Origin: Octopus vulgaris
Taxonomy: Eukaryota
DNA length: 64,000 bases
Assembly: GCA_951406725.2 (NCBI GenBank)
Contig: OX597827.1
Location: forward strand, 10,416,001 to 10,480,000
Direction of reading: 5' to 3'
This document shows positions 40,600-53,976 of the stretch, piece after piece. The notes beneath the pieces were generated by a model that was given only the letters and a program-made list of their open reading frames with translations, was not told where the DNA came from and did no database searches. A program made the position numbers and the translations under genes. Positions within the stretch are counted from its first letter, which is position 1. Each line of letters opens with the position of its first letter.

Positions 40600-40984
40600 A
40601 TGGAAGCACTCTGTCGGTTACGACGACGAGGGTTCCGGTTGATCCGAATCAACGGAACAGCCTGCTCGTGAAATTAATGTGTTAGTGGCTGAGCACTCCA
40701 CAGACACGTGTACCCTTAACGTAGTTCTCGGGGATATTCAGCGTGACACAGAGAGTGACAAGGCCGGCCCTTTGAAATACAGGTACAACAGAAACAGGAA
40801 GTAAGAGTGAGAGAAAGTTGTGGTGAAAGAGTACAGCAGGGATCACCACCATCCCCTGCCGGAGCCTCGTGGAGCTTTAGGTGTTTTCACTCAATAAACA
40901 CTCACAACGCCCGGTCTGGGAATCGAAACCGCGATCCTATGACCGCTAGTCGCTGCCCTAACCACTGGGCCATTGCGCCTCCAC
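40600..40984 (-). mobile_element. SINE family B, full length
   Basis: Reverse complement of 8620-9004. Confidence 0.92.
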
Positions 40985-41933
40985 GTTTATGTATATATAT
41001 ATGTATAAGAGTGTGTGTGTGTGTGTGTGCATGTGTGTGCATGTGTGTGCATGTGTGTGCATGTGTGTGCATGTGTGTGTATGTGTAGCAATCCATATAT
41101 GTCTGTTTGTGGTTCTGATCAAAAAAGTTAATACTGAGTGTGTTTGATCACTCGCCTCTTATTAGAGTTTGAAAGAAAGCTTTTCACATTTTTAAAAGGA
41201 ATCAAATCCCTTCATCTTAAATTAATCTTCTTTGAAATACAACCCACCTTAGTGCATAAAGAAAAGTCATACTGTTAGTTGATCAAAAATTTACTAATAT
41301 ATACTCTCAGTTTCTTATAGAACACACATCTATAAATGTGCAAATCAAGAGGAAAATATTTTCATGTTGAAATAATAAAGAAAGATTGAAGCAATCACTA
41401 CCAATATTTTATAATCTAACTAGCTTCAATTTTTAAAGAGGAAATCCCCAGTAGAATTAAGTCTTTTATATATCGTTGAATTCCTCTTGAAGAATTTTAG
41501 AAGTCAACCTCCTTGTGTTATAACAGATAGACTGGCTGACATTGGAACCAGCTGGAAATATAGGCCATTTATGATCACCATGGTTGTTGACTAAAATGTC
41601 CACAGGCAAAGGAATCGGAAACATGACTTTGAAAGCTGAATCGTCGATAGATCAGAGACAAATTTTAACATACTCATTCTCCTACAATAAAAAGTATCTA
41701 TCAAATGCACATGAAACATAGTAAAGGTAAATAATTGTGTGTGTGTGTGTGTGTGTGTGTGTGCATGCATGCATGCATGTGTGTGTGTATTTGTGTGTGT
41801 GTCTGTGCATGTGTATATATATATATATATATATATATGTTCATCTATCTCCTGTTTGTGTGTGTATATATATTATATATATTATATATATTATATATAT
41901 TATATATATATATTATTATTATTGTTATTATTA

Positions 41934-41975
<42 letters not shown>

Positions 41976-42068
41976 GTGTGTGGGTGTGTATTCTTTTATT
42001 CTTTTACTTGTTTCAGTCATTTGACTGTGGCCATGCTGGAACATCATCTTAATGCATATATATGTATA

Positions 42069-42184
<116 letters not shown>

Positions 42185-42229
42185 TATATATATAAAGAAG
42201 ATCGTTTCTTTGCAACTGCTCAGCTACTG

Positions 42230-42712
42230 GGAATGGCTGAAACAGCTAAGACTCTAATCCCTGTTAAAAAGGCGGGAGAGGTATGCAGTAATATACATCT
42301 GGGAGATCCTAGAAGGAATTGTTGCAAATTTTGGCATTGAAAACTAGATAAATCCCAGAACGGGTCGACACTGCATAGTGTCAAAAATCCCAGCAATGCC
42401 ATCGCGCTTCAGGACCAGCTACTGCAACAACCTGGGTTTCAGGAGCCCACAGCTTTTTAATATTCTCCCAAAGAGCCTGGGGAACCAGCACAAAGTAGAT
42501 GTTGGTGTTTTTAAATCAAAGCTGGACATCTTCCTGTTGAGAGTCCCAGATGAACCTACATCATGGCAAGAGGTGCAAATGAGGGTAGCTACATCAAACT
42601 TCATCTTTCACTAAGTGCCACATATTGGAGGAGGCTCTCAGTAATAACAGTGTAGCAAAATGGTAGTGCAACAGCATGGCCGCAGCTCTGAGCTGAAACT
42701 ACAGAAAAAAAC
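42230..42712 (+). mobile_element. CR1-group LINE 3' fragment
   Basis: Peptide GFRSPQLFNILPKSL...FKSKLDIFLLRVPDEP. The 3' end is CAGCATGGCCGCAGCTCTGAGCTGAAAC. Confidence 0.75.
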
Positions 42713-42722
42713 TATATACATA

Positions 42723-42789
<67 letters not shown>

Positions 42790-43114
42790 TTAACGTCTCT
42801 GTCTATATATCTTTGTAATGTTGGCAAATGAAATAAGTATAAGAATGTGCATTGTCCGTTTAATTAAAAATATCTATATGTGGCTGATGATTGCTCGACA
42901 TTTTAAAACTGATATAATACTTACAGTGTTTAATAAAATGAAGTAGCATGAAACAATTGTACTACACTACCTTGGATATACTTGTTGCTTATTTTGATTA
43001 TAATCACCCCATTTGATTTATATGGATAATACCATACAAAATTCTGGTGCCTTTAACTTAAGTATCATATTCATCTGAATCTAAATTTTGCAGAACTTAT
43101 ATTTATATATATAT

Positions 43115-43207
<93 letters not shown>

Positions 43208-43769
43208 GCACACACACATGCATAAATATAAACAGATAGATAAATAGATATAGATATCGATGCATATGTATACTTGCTTATGTGTGTATATATATACCCC
43301 TATATATATATATATATCATATATTTTATACTATATAATATATATGTTATATAGTATATAATATATGTATTATATGTAATATATATTTGATATACACACT
43401 TACATTTATGTGTGCTTGTATGTGTGTTTAAACAGATGGATGGATGCATGCATATGCACGCTTCACTCATGTATATTGATATACACATGTGTGTGTGCAC
43501 ATGTGCATCTGCATGCACACACATACATGCATGCACACGCACACACACACACATACACACACACATACAGAGGCACACACACACACACACACTAGCACGC
43601 TCATGAACTCACTCAGGAATATATACATTCATACATTGATTTTTGTATAAAGAACATGACTAGTTTTATAAAATTCCTTGAATTTAATAATTAAAGTTAT
43701 TTGTTCTATGCTACATCAAAGAAACTCGCAAGTCTCCAAATTGATAGGGAGTTGTGCAAGTGCCTAAGC

Positions 43770-43775
43770 ATGCTT

Positions 43776-43819
<44 letters not shown>

Positions 43820-43867
43820 AAACACACACACACACAAACACACAAACACACACACACACACACACAA

Positions 43868-43927
<60 letters not shown>

Positions 43928-44187
43928 ATACACACACACACACAAACACACACAAACACACATACACACACACAAACACACATACACACACACATACACA
44001 CACACAAACACACATACAAACACACACACACACACATACACACATACACACACACAAACACACATACACACACACACAAACACACATACACACATGCACA
44101 AACACACATACACACACACACAAACACACATACACAAACACACACACACACACACACACAAACACACATACACACACACACACAAAT

Positions 44188-44218
<31 letters not shown>

Positions 44219-44246
44219 CACACATGCACACATACACACACACACA

Positions 44247-44291
<45 letters not shown>

Positions 44292-44295
44292 ACTG
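43770..44295. repeat. Long compound (CA)n microsatellite
   Basis: Direct reading. Confidence 0.95.
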
Positions 44296-45549
44296 CATGC
44301 AAGCATCATTGTGTCTATCTCCAAACAGTGTTACACACCAGAGCCCAATATCTACGAGGGTAACATATCAAGCAATTAATATGAAAATATTGGTATTTTT
44401 TTTCCTGTGAATTTCATTCTTTTGGCATAAACTTGCACCCATATGAAGCATGAAGATAATGGTATAGGAACATTTCAAACAGTTAATATCGAAAATATTG
44501 GAATTTTTGGTGTAAGTTTTTGTCTCGTGGTTTAAACTTGCACCCATATAAAGTACGAAATTATTACAACAATTCCAGGCTTATACTCTCATATTACAAT
44601 GTATCTCACAATATCTTATAATATTACACCTCCTGTATACAATACTAACATATATATATTATACTGCATTAAATTTTTTTTTTAAATTAAATATAGAAAA
44701 CAATTTTGATAGCTAAGGCAGTTACGCCTCAATATTTCATCAAGTTTTATTCCAAAAACTTATACACAAACCAAAAATAAATATATTGTTAAATAAAAAT
44801 AAAATCTGAAAAATATATAAAAGCAACATATATATTTTTAATGTTTCATTTAGATCTAGAAGCAGACAGCAACAAAAGAGCTGATACTTTCTATGAAGAT
44901 GGTGAGGGGAAAGTTTGTTCATATAATATTTGCTTAATTATTCACACTTATTATAGATTTTAATCTATAATTGAATGTCTTTTAGGTCTATCTGAGAAGT
45001 TTAATCATATTGAACCCCATCAGAAAACATACTTACTACTTACCACTACTTTCGCAACCAACCCCAGCCGACGCCAGCACCTACACCACTACCACCACCA
45101 ACACAACAACAACATACATTTTTAATTATTACTCTTTTCTGTAAATTAGCTTTGAACGTTTGATGCCTTTTAATTAACAAATCTCCTCTGTAGAATATTT
45201 TATGTTTAAACAATTTCCCTCTTCCTTCCACCTCTTTCTTTTTCTTCATCCGTTTCTGCGTTCTTATAGATTTTTGAATTTCGCTTTGGCCACTAATTGG
45301 TTGGGTGGTGTATAGCCAATTTAATTTCCCCTGATACAAAACTGGTATTTATTTGGTATAATCAAACTCTGAGTCACAAAAGATATAATCAACTAGAGTA
45401 GGATATGAACTTGGAACATTAAAAGCAATAAATAATACTACACTGTATCTAGTTCAACACAATAGCATTTTGGTCACTTCCGTACCAAATTTTTCTCTCT
45501 TTATAAAATGAAGAATATTCTATCTAATAAGGAAGCTTTGAGTTATTTT

Positions 45550-45769
45550 CTTGCCTACAAAGTCAGAAAACAACACAGCTCCCATGACTTTCGGAAACAT
45601 TTTTTCACGCTCAGAGTTGCTGAAGCATGGAATAAACTGCCTGCATCAGTTGTTGACTGCCATGACACTGCATCCTTTAAGGCCCTCATGCTTTCCGAAA
45701 TCCGCCGAAACTACACCTGATTATATATATACACTTTAGATGAGTTGTAGTGCACCTGAGCACTGTACA

Positions 45770-45803
<34 letters not shown>
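45550..45803 (+). mobile_element. CR1-group LINE 3' end with an (ATT)n tail
   Basis: Peptide FRKHFFTLRVAEAWNKLPASVV...SFK is typical of the CR1 ORF2 end. Confidence 0.8.
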
Positions 45804-46110
45804 GCTAGAAATATATTACTTCAAGCTGTTGGTATTGTGTAGTTAAGAAGTTCACTTGCCTAGCATTTAGCCTTGGGTTTAGTCTCACTACACCACACCT
45901 TGAAAAGTGTCTTATACTAGACACCAATGTTATTGTGAGTAAACTTAATAGATAAATGTTGTGGAAGTCTGTCACATATTTATATATATATATAAGCATA
46001 CACACACATATATATATATACACATACATACATGTTTATACACATCATTTAAACATCTATGTATCTATATCTATATAAATAGATAGATAAAAAAAATGGA
46101 TATATATAAT

Positions 46111-46499
46111 AGGTGCAGGAGTGGCATGTGGTAAGTAGCTTGCTTACCAGCCACATGGTTGCGGGTTCAGTCCCACTGCGTGGCACCTTGGGCAAGTGTA
46201 TTCTACTATAGCCTCGGTCTGACCAAAGCCTTGTGAGTGGATTTGGTAGACAGAAACTGAAGTAAGCCTGTCATATATATGTATATATATATACACATAT
46301 ATATATGTATGTGTGTCTGTGTTTGTCCCCCCCCCCCCAACATCACTTGACAACCGATGGTGGTGTGTTTACATCCCTGTAACTTAGTGGTTCAGCAAAA
46401 GAGACCGATAGAATAAGTACTAGGCTTACAAAGAATAAGTCCTGGGGTTGATTTGCTCAACTAATGGCTGCAGTCAAATGACTTAAACAAGTGAAAGAG
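46111..46499 (+). mobile_element. SINE family A
   Basis: Matches family A. Confidence 0.88.
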
Positions 46500-46762
46500 A
46501 GATATGTTTGTATGTATATGTATGCCAGAAGGTCTGTAAATCTATCAGTGGCTTCAAAAGACATTTTAAGATCCTAAACGATCAGAACTTAACTGCAGCT
46601 CTTGATGGTCCAAATCGGATATGCAATCTATTGTGGGTGTCTCAAAACCTTGTCTGTTTTAAAAAGCCACATCAGATGCCATGATAGTTCTAAGGTGTAG
46701 GTACAAGAGGTGGTCTAACTCTACATAAGGAGTAAACAACCACTATAAATATATATATATGT

Positions 46763-47020
46763 TCCGTGCCGGTGGCACGTAAAGATCACCATCCATCCGT
46801 GGCCGTTTGCCAGCCCCGTCTGGCACTTGTGCGAGTGGCACGTAAAAAGCACACACTACACTCGCGGAGTGGTTGGCGTTAGGAAGGGCATCCAGCCGTA
46901 GAAACACTGCCAGATCAGACTGGGCCTGGTGCAGCCTTCTGTCTTCCCAGGCCCCAGTTGAACCGTCCAACCCATGCTAGCATGGAAAGCGGACGCTAAA
47001 CGATGATGATGATGATGATG
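46763..47020 (+). mobile_element. Family D retroposon with repeated GTGGCACGTAAA subunits
   Basis: Matches family D and has a (GAT)n tail. Confidence 0.85.
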
Positions 47021-47041
47021 TATATACACACATACACACAC

Positions 47042-47073
<32 letters not shown>

Positions 47074-47549
47074 GCATATATATATATACATAAGATACAT
47101 ACATCTATAAACCTATGCAAATATACACATGTATATATAAATATGTGTGTGTGCATGTATATCTATATCTATCTGTCTATCTATCTATACACACATGCAC
47201 TCACACATATGCCCTACTAGATTTATAATTATACATTTACGATGGACTTCCCATAACGCATGTACAATGATATACAGTAACTGACCCGGGTTAGCTGAAG
47301 CATACTTACACCTCAGCAAATTTCTTATTTCTTTATTGCCCATAAGGGCATTTTTGCTTTTTTGCCAAATATTAACAATTTTAAATTCAACACATAGTTC
47401 CAGATCAACATTTTAGTAAAACAAACTTTGAAACACTTTTGCTAATTTTAAACACTTCTATACATGTTCTACATTATCAACGTAATCAACCCCTGCACAT
47501 TACTATCTCAAGTCCTTGGACTGATAGGGCCAGTTACTCTGTTCTCATG

Positions 47550-47768
47550 CAGCGAGCTGGCTGAAACGTTAGCTGCTTAGGGGTATTACGTCCGCCACTG
47601 CGTTCTGAGTTCAAATTCCACCGAGGTCGACTTTGCCTTTCATCCTTTCGGGGTCGATAAATTAAGTACCAGTTACGCACTGGGGTCGATGTAATCGACT
47701 TAATCCCCTTTGTCTGTCCTTGTTTGCCCTCTCTGTGTTTAGCCCCTTGTGGGTAGTAAAGAAATAGG
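47550..47768 (+). mobile_element. SINE family C
   Basis: Matches 37861-38093. Confidence 0.85.
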
Positions 47769-48169
47769 TATATAAGTGAGTGGAACCCCCTGGACATGAT
47801 ACTAGTCCATCACAGGGCTACTCATTTACAGCTGAGTGAACTGGAACAATGGAAAATGAAGTGTTTTGCTCAAGGATACAAGGATACAATGCATCATCGG
47901 ACAGGAAATTGAAACCACGATCTTGTGATTATGAGATCAGCACTCTAACCTCTTGGCCATGCACTTTTCTCCAAGATCATACCTAATTCTTGACCCTAGG
48001 AAGGAAATTCTTGATGTCTTTTTCAAACCATGAATAATAATGGCAAATTACACACCTTATAAATCATGTTCAGAGTTTGATACTTAAACTTATGGATGGT
48101 CATAACATTGTTTCATTAAGTTAAAAATTTCAGTTATGTCTTCAATGTGATTCCATAGTTAAATCTGTA

Positions 48170-48267
48170 TTATTATGGTGGTGGTGGTGGTGGTGACGAT
48201 GATGATGATTATAAATATGATGGTAATGATGATAATGATGATGATGATAATGACGATGATGATGGTA

Positions 48268-48305
<38 letters not shown>

Positions 48306-48311
48306 AATGAC

Positions 48312-48366
<55 letters not shown>

Positions 48367-48425
48367 ATGGTGATGATGGCGGTGGTGATGATGATGATGA
48401 TGATGATGATGGTAATGATGATCAT
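48170..48425. repeat. (GAT/GGT)n trinucleotide tract
   Basis: Direct reading. Confidence 0.95.
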
Positions 48426-48546
48426 GGCACCTGCTTTCTACCACAGAATTTTTGAAATGGAATTTTAATTTTTCACATTCAAAGTATTTTCCATTTTGCA
48501 ATAACTACACTAGCAACATCAGCAGATGCTGCAAGCCACAGCAACA

Positions 48547-48577
<31 letters not shown>

Positions 48578-49340
48578 AATGAAGATCTCTTTTGTGACAT
48601 CAGCAGCAACTATCAGTATAACCATTGTAGCTTTGAGTTTATAAAATTATTTTGATATCATTGAATTTTATTTATTTTATTTTTTTTTCATTGAATATTA
48701 TAAAGATAGCTTAAAGAGAAAGAAAAAAGTGATATCTTTAAAATATATAATTTTTCTCAGCTGGGGACAATAATTTATTTAGAAAATATAGTGAGGTGGG
48801 GGAAAACGATTTATCAAATTTTTATTCATTTTCTTCACATTATTGCAGTGATAACTTATTAAAAAAAAAAAATCTTAATAAAAAGTCCAAAATATGTAAA
48901 AGTATTATTTAAAATTTTTAGTCACTTTGCTTTTTCAATATGCTTTAAATTTTCTGTTATATACATGAAAAATATTTTTTTTTTAAATTCCATTTGTTTT
49001 GCATACATTAAGATTTTTTCGGCTTAGATATAATGTTTTATTATATCGAAGAAAACAAGGAAAAGAATTCAGGTAAAATAAAAAGACATAAATCATTGAG
49101 AATTTTATGAATATGTTTCTGGACTTATAAGATGAAATGATAATGAATGCACTACAGTTAGAATGGTGAGGGTTTTCATTGACATCATTGAATGTTAAAG
49201 AAAAGAAAGCAGTCTCTATTAAATTCCCTATATATATGTGTGTGTTTGTGTGTATATATGTGTACATATACATATATGTACACACACACACATGCATATA
49301 TATGTGTGTGTGTGTGTGTTGATGATATATCTACACACAT

Positions 49341-49467
49341 AACTGGGGTCTGGGAAGCCAGAAGGCTGGGCCTGGTGCAGCCTTCTGGCTTCCCAGACCC
49401 CAGTTGAACCGTCCAACCCATGCTAGCATGGAAAGCAGACGCTAAACGATGATGATGATGATGACGA

Positions 49468-49470
<3 letters not shown>
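49341..49470 (+). mobile_element. 5'-truncated family D copy with an inverted 5' duplication
   Basis: 28-bp perfect inverted repeat, 49341-49368 / 49378-49405. Confidence 0.8.
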
Positions 49471-49531
<61 letters not shown>

Positions 49532-49556
49532 TGATATATATATATATTCGTTTATC

Positions 49557-49981
49557 CTTTTACTTGCTTCAGTCATTTGATTGTGGTCATGCTGGAGCAC
49601 CACCTGAAAGGGTGTTAGTCGAAGAAATTGACCTCAGGACTTCTTCTTAGTAAGCCTAGTCTCTTTTGCCAAACTGCTAAGTTATGGGTACATAAACACA
49701 CCAGCATCGGTGCTCAAGTGATAGCAGGGAGACTAACGCCCATACACACAAACACACACACATAAATATATGCATGCATGTATATTTATATCTATGTATA
49801 TACATATATACACACACATATATATATATCTGACGGCCTCTTCTAGTGTCTGTCTATCAAAATCCACTCACAAGGATTTGGTTGGGCCATGGCTATAGTA
49901 GAAGATATTTGCCCAAGGATCATACAATGAAGGACCATGTAGATGTGAAGGAAAATTCTTAACCACTCAGCCATGCTTGCA

Positions 49982-49984
<3 letters not shown>
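49557..49984 (-). mobile_element. SINE family A (diverged)
   Basis: Reverse-complement similarity to family A. Confidence 0.75.
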
Positions 49985-50058
<74 letters not shown>

Positions 50059-50279
50059 TAGCTTAAGGTGACCCACTCTACGCGCGGGTTAGAGTGTGGT
50101 TGTTACTTTCTTTTTGGTTCCTTTCTGTTTTTTATCATCGCATTCTCCCTCTTTGTTTCTCTCTCCTTTCTCTCTTACTCTCTGTCTTTCTCTATCTATC
50201 TCTCTCCCATTTATAAACAACAAAAGATCTTCAGTAAGTTGAGAAAAAAAATATTTTGAAAGATCAATCATAAATATCT

Positions 50280-50820
50280 TCTAAGACCTTAATCGTTTCT
50301 CATTGACTCTGTGAGGCCTAACGTTCAAAGGTCATTCTTCAACACCTCATCCCATATCTTCCTGGGTCTACCTCTTCCACAGGTTCCCTCCACTGTTAGG
50401 ATGTGACACTTTTTCACACAGCTGTTCTCATCCATACGCATCACATGACCATACCAGTGCAGTTGTCTCTCTTGCATACCACATCTGATGCTTCTTAGGT
50501 CCAACTTTTCTCTCAGGATGCTTGCATTCTGTCATGCATGCACACTGACATTACACATCCAACGGAGCATACTAACTTCATTTCCTTCAGGCTTATGCAT
50601 TTCTTCAACAGCCACAGCCCATGTTTCACGACTGTGTAGCATGGCTGTTCACACACAGGCTTCATACAGTCTACCTTTCACTCTGAGTGATAGGCTCTTT
50701 GTTATCAGCAGAGGTTTCCTCTCTGAACTTTGTCCAGCCTATTCTTATTCTAGCTCCCAGAGCATCCACCCCAACTACTGACTTGATCACCTAGGTAAAG
50801 GAATCTATCAACTACTCTAC
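50280..50820 (-). mobile_element. RTE LINE 3' fragment
   Basis: Colinear nucleotide similarity to 7350-7900. Confidence 0.8.
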
Positions 50821-51108
50821 TCCCCCCCCCCCAACATACATATATATAGCTGAAGGATTAAAATTAATCAAAGGACATATTTAATATATCATTTGATTAA
50901 TTTTAATCCTTAAGCTATTTAATGCTTTTTTGGCGGGGCCTGCAATCGCCTATATTATTGATTCTGTTATTATCATTTTTAAATTGTTACACTAGATAAT
51001 AATAGAGTCAATGATATCTTCACAAATTATTTTTACGTGAATTATTTGCTCTACATAAATATATGTGTGTGTGTGTGTATGTATGCATGCATATGTATGT
51101 ATATATAA

Positions 51109-51331
51109 AGGCGGCGAGCTGGCAGAAACGTTAGCACGCTGGGCGAACTGCGTAGCTGTATTTCGCCTGCCGTTATGTTCTGAGTTCAAATTCTGCCGAG
51201 GTCGACTTTGCCTTTCATCCTTTCGGGGTCGATAAATTAAGTACCAGTTATGCACTGGGGTCGACATAATCCGTTTGTCTGTCCTTGTTTGTCCCCTCTG
51301 TGTGTAGCCCCTTGTGGGTAGTAAAGAAATA
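51109..51331 (+). mobile_element. SINE family C
   Basis: Matches family C. Confidence 0.88.
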
Positions 51332-51577
51332 TATATGTATATATACACACACAAACACACACATACAAGGCATTAGGTAGTCAGAAGGTATAAGAGAAGA
51401 CACTTGCCCAAGATGCTGTGCAGTGAGATTAAAGCTGAAACCACAGGGCCACGAAATAAGCTTTTTAACTACATAGCCATGCCTGCACTAATAAAGGGAT
51501 ATGTCAATGCTGGAATTGTCCTTGTCCTGATCCCTTGATTCTTCCTATTTAGTGTTGCTTGTATCCTTTATCATTCA

Positions 51578-51971
51578 CTAGCAGTATCGCCCGGCGTTGC
51601 TCGGGTTTGTAAGGGAAATAACTATATAAGCATTTTTAGAGATGTAAAGTATAATAGCCATCTCAATATGGCTAACCACAAAGGGGGGGTTACTGTAGCT
51701 TTTTACGTTCTGAGATTTAATAATAAATTTTTAGAGAGTTACTTCCCTTATATATACCAAAAATGCATTAAAAATGGGAAAAATTGACGGTAATTTTTTT
51801 TTTAAATCGTAGACTCGTCGTAGACATGTGCTAATACCCAGAAGGGCTCGATATGAATCACGACTATAAGATACCCGGTTTTGGTTAAACTGCACCGCAA
51901 AATGTGGGAGTAGTTAGGAATCTAGATAGTAGGAGACAGACAGCACACAACCTCACTTTTATACATAAAGA
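51578..51971 (-). mobile_element. Non-autonomous Helitron (second copy)
   Basis: TC start, hairpin plus CTAG end and A|T target. Same termini as 11489-11888. Confidence 0.85.
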
Positions 51972-52071
51972 TTTCCTCTGGTTCTCCACACATCCAGATA
52001 ATCATCCATCTCACTCCGCACCAAATCCAGTGATCCTATTACTTTGCTATCATACTATAACATTTTCCCAA

Positions 52072-52400
52072 TTATCTCTTTCTTACAAGCACTGTATATT
52101 TGTCAATACCTAGCTGTATCCTGGTATTTCTGCGGAAAATTTTAACTGATTGCATCAAAGAATCCAACACTAACTCAGTTTTGAAGTGAAGTTTGAGGTT
52201 ATCCACGTATATTACATGGTTAATTCTTTCATTAATTTTCGTTAGAAGATTCCTATATTTGCACTTTCGCAATATATACAATAACAGGGGAAAATCAAAG
52301 CGATTACAAATAGAACTGATTGGGAGGATAATGAATCTCCTTGGAAAAATAATTCTTTTAATCTCCATTTCACCCAACAACACTTGACAATATGTCAATT
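52072..52400 (-). mobile_element. R4/Dong-like reverse transcriptase fragment
   Basis: INHVIYVDNLKLH...DSLMQSVKIF...LGIDKY resembles the ISHLLYMDDLKL...FG.DKC region. Confidence 0.6.
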
Positions 52401-52721
52401 CAACTCATTATGACCTCATAACTTGTCTTGCTTCAATGAAGTGTTGTATTCCCTCGGGAATGATGAGATTACTAGAATAGAGGAATGAAAAAATAGAAGG
52501 ATGATATACAGGTTTTTCATCTGGCAATCAATCTTATGTTCTTCTTCTTATTATTATTCACCTCCTGCACAAGCATGGTGTGTGGATACAGTGCTCACTT
52601 CACAACCATGGGGCAAGTGATTGCTGCTGCAGACTTGAGTAGACCGATGCTTTACAAATAAAAAATGGTAGGCAGAAACTGTGCGGAATCCCATTTCATA
52701 TGGATATATATATATATATAT

Positions 52722-52805
<84 letters not shown>

Positions 52806-52808
<3 letters not shown>

Positions 52809-52932
52809 GCGTTAGGAAGGACATCCAGCCGTAGAAACACTGCCAGATCTGACTGGGCCTGATGCAGCCTTCCGGCTTCACAGACCCCAGTTGAACCGTC
52901 CAACCCATGCTAGCATGGAAAACGGACGCTAA

Positions 52933-52975
<43 letters not shown>
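52806..52975 (+). mobile_element. Family D retroposon 3' part
   Basis: Matches family D and has a (GAT)n tail. Confidence 0.85.
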
Positions 52976-52976
<1 letters not shown>

Positions 52977-53275
52977 ATATATATATTCATATATATTTCG
53001 ATAGGTGAATGAATTATCCTATGTTTACCGACAACATGGAAAATTCGATGAACCGATACCAGGGTAGCAAATTCACGCCCAACTCCATTTATCTATTTAT
53101 TCATATATATTCATATATATATATATATATAAATAACTTATAAACACAGGCAAAATAAAAAAATTTCTAATGCCAAATATGCCGAAAACAGACACATCGT
53201 CAATAACCATATAATTCATCACTATAAGCACGCGTCTCGAACAAAGCTGACAGAAATTACTAAAAAATTCCATTA

Positions 53276-53336
53276 TTATCATATCGGACCCGATTTCAGA
53301 GTTAATTCATAAGAACCTTCTCTTCGTCAGTGATAA
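53276..53336 (-). ncRNA. Type I hammerhead ribozyme motif with a canonical core
   Basis: ttatca-CTGACGA-agag-[18 nt]-ctct-GAAA-tcgggtccga-TA-tgataa. All three stems pair. Confidence 0.82.
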
Positions 53337-53650
53337 ATGTGGCAAATAAATAAATGAAATACTTACTTATACCCATGGAAGAAGCAAACACTAAGTCATG
53401 AGCACAATTAAGTACCCCAAATATATCCAAAATAGAAATTCTCCAGCACACCTTGAGGTTGACCTTGCCTTTCAGCCTTTCCGGGTTGATAAAATGAATA
53501 CAGTTGAACACTGGGGTCAATGTAATTGACTTATCTGCCCCTTCCTCAAGCTACCCTTGTGGAAAAAATTTGAAATAATTATCATTAGTATTCTCATTAT
53601 TATTGTTGTTGTTGTTGTTGTTGTTGTTGTTATTATTATTATTATTATTA

Positions 53651-53976
53651 AAAGACCCCCTTCGGTCATGAATGACCATGGGATTGCACCTAGAAAGTTA
53701 CCCTCCTAGACACAAGTCCGGGCAAGGTTGTTTATGGAAGACCAGCAGTCGCCCATGCATACCAGCCTCCCCTCTCCACGCCACCAGTGTTATCCAAGGG
53801 AAAGACAAAGGTCGATACAGCTTGGCACCAGTGATGTCGCAACTCATTTCTACAGCTGAGTAAACTGGAGCAACGTGAAATAAAGTGCCTTGCTCAAGAA
53901 CACAACACGCAGCCTGGTCCGGGATTCAAGCTCACAACCTCACGATCGTAAGCTCGACGCTCTAACCACTGAGCCA
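53651..53976 (-). mobile_element. SINE family E, near full length
   Basis: Reverse complement of 6876-7155 plus the 3' tail. Confidence 0.88.

Noticed and set aside
48452-48655. Poly-Q ORF
   Set aside because: A short CAG microsatellite without recognisable exon context.
52995-53100. TA-flanked ~105-bp island next to the HHR element
   Set aside because: It may belong to the same class, but no core motif can be read with confidence.
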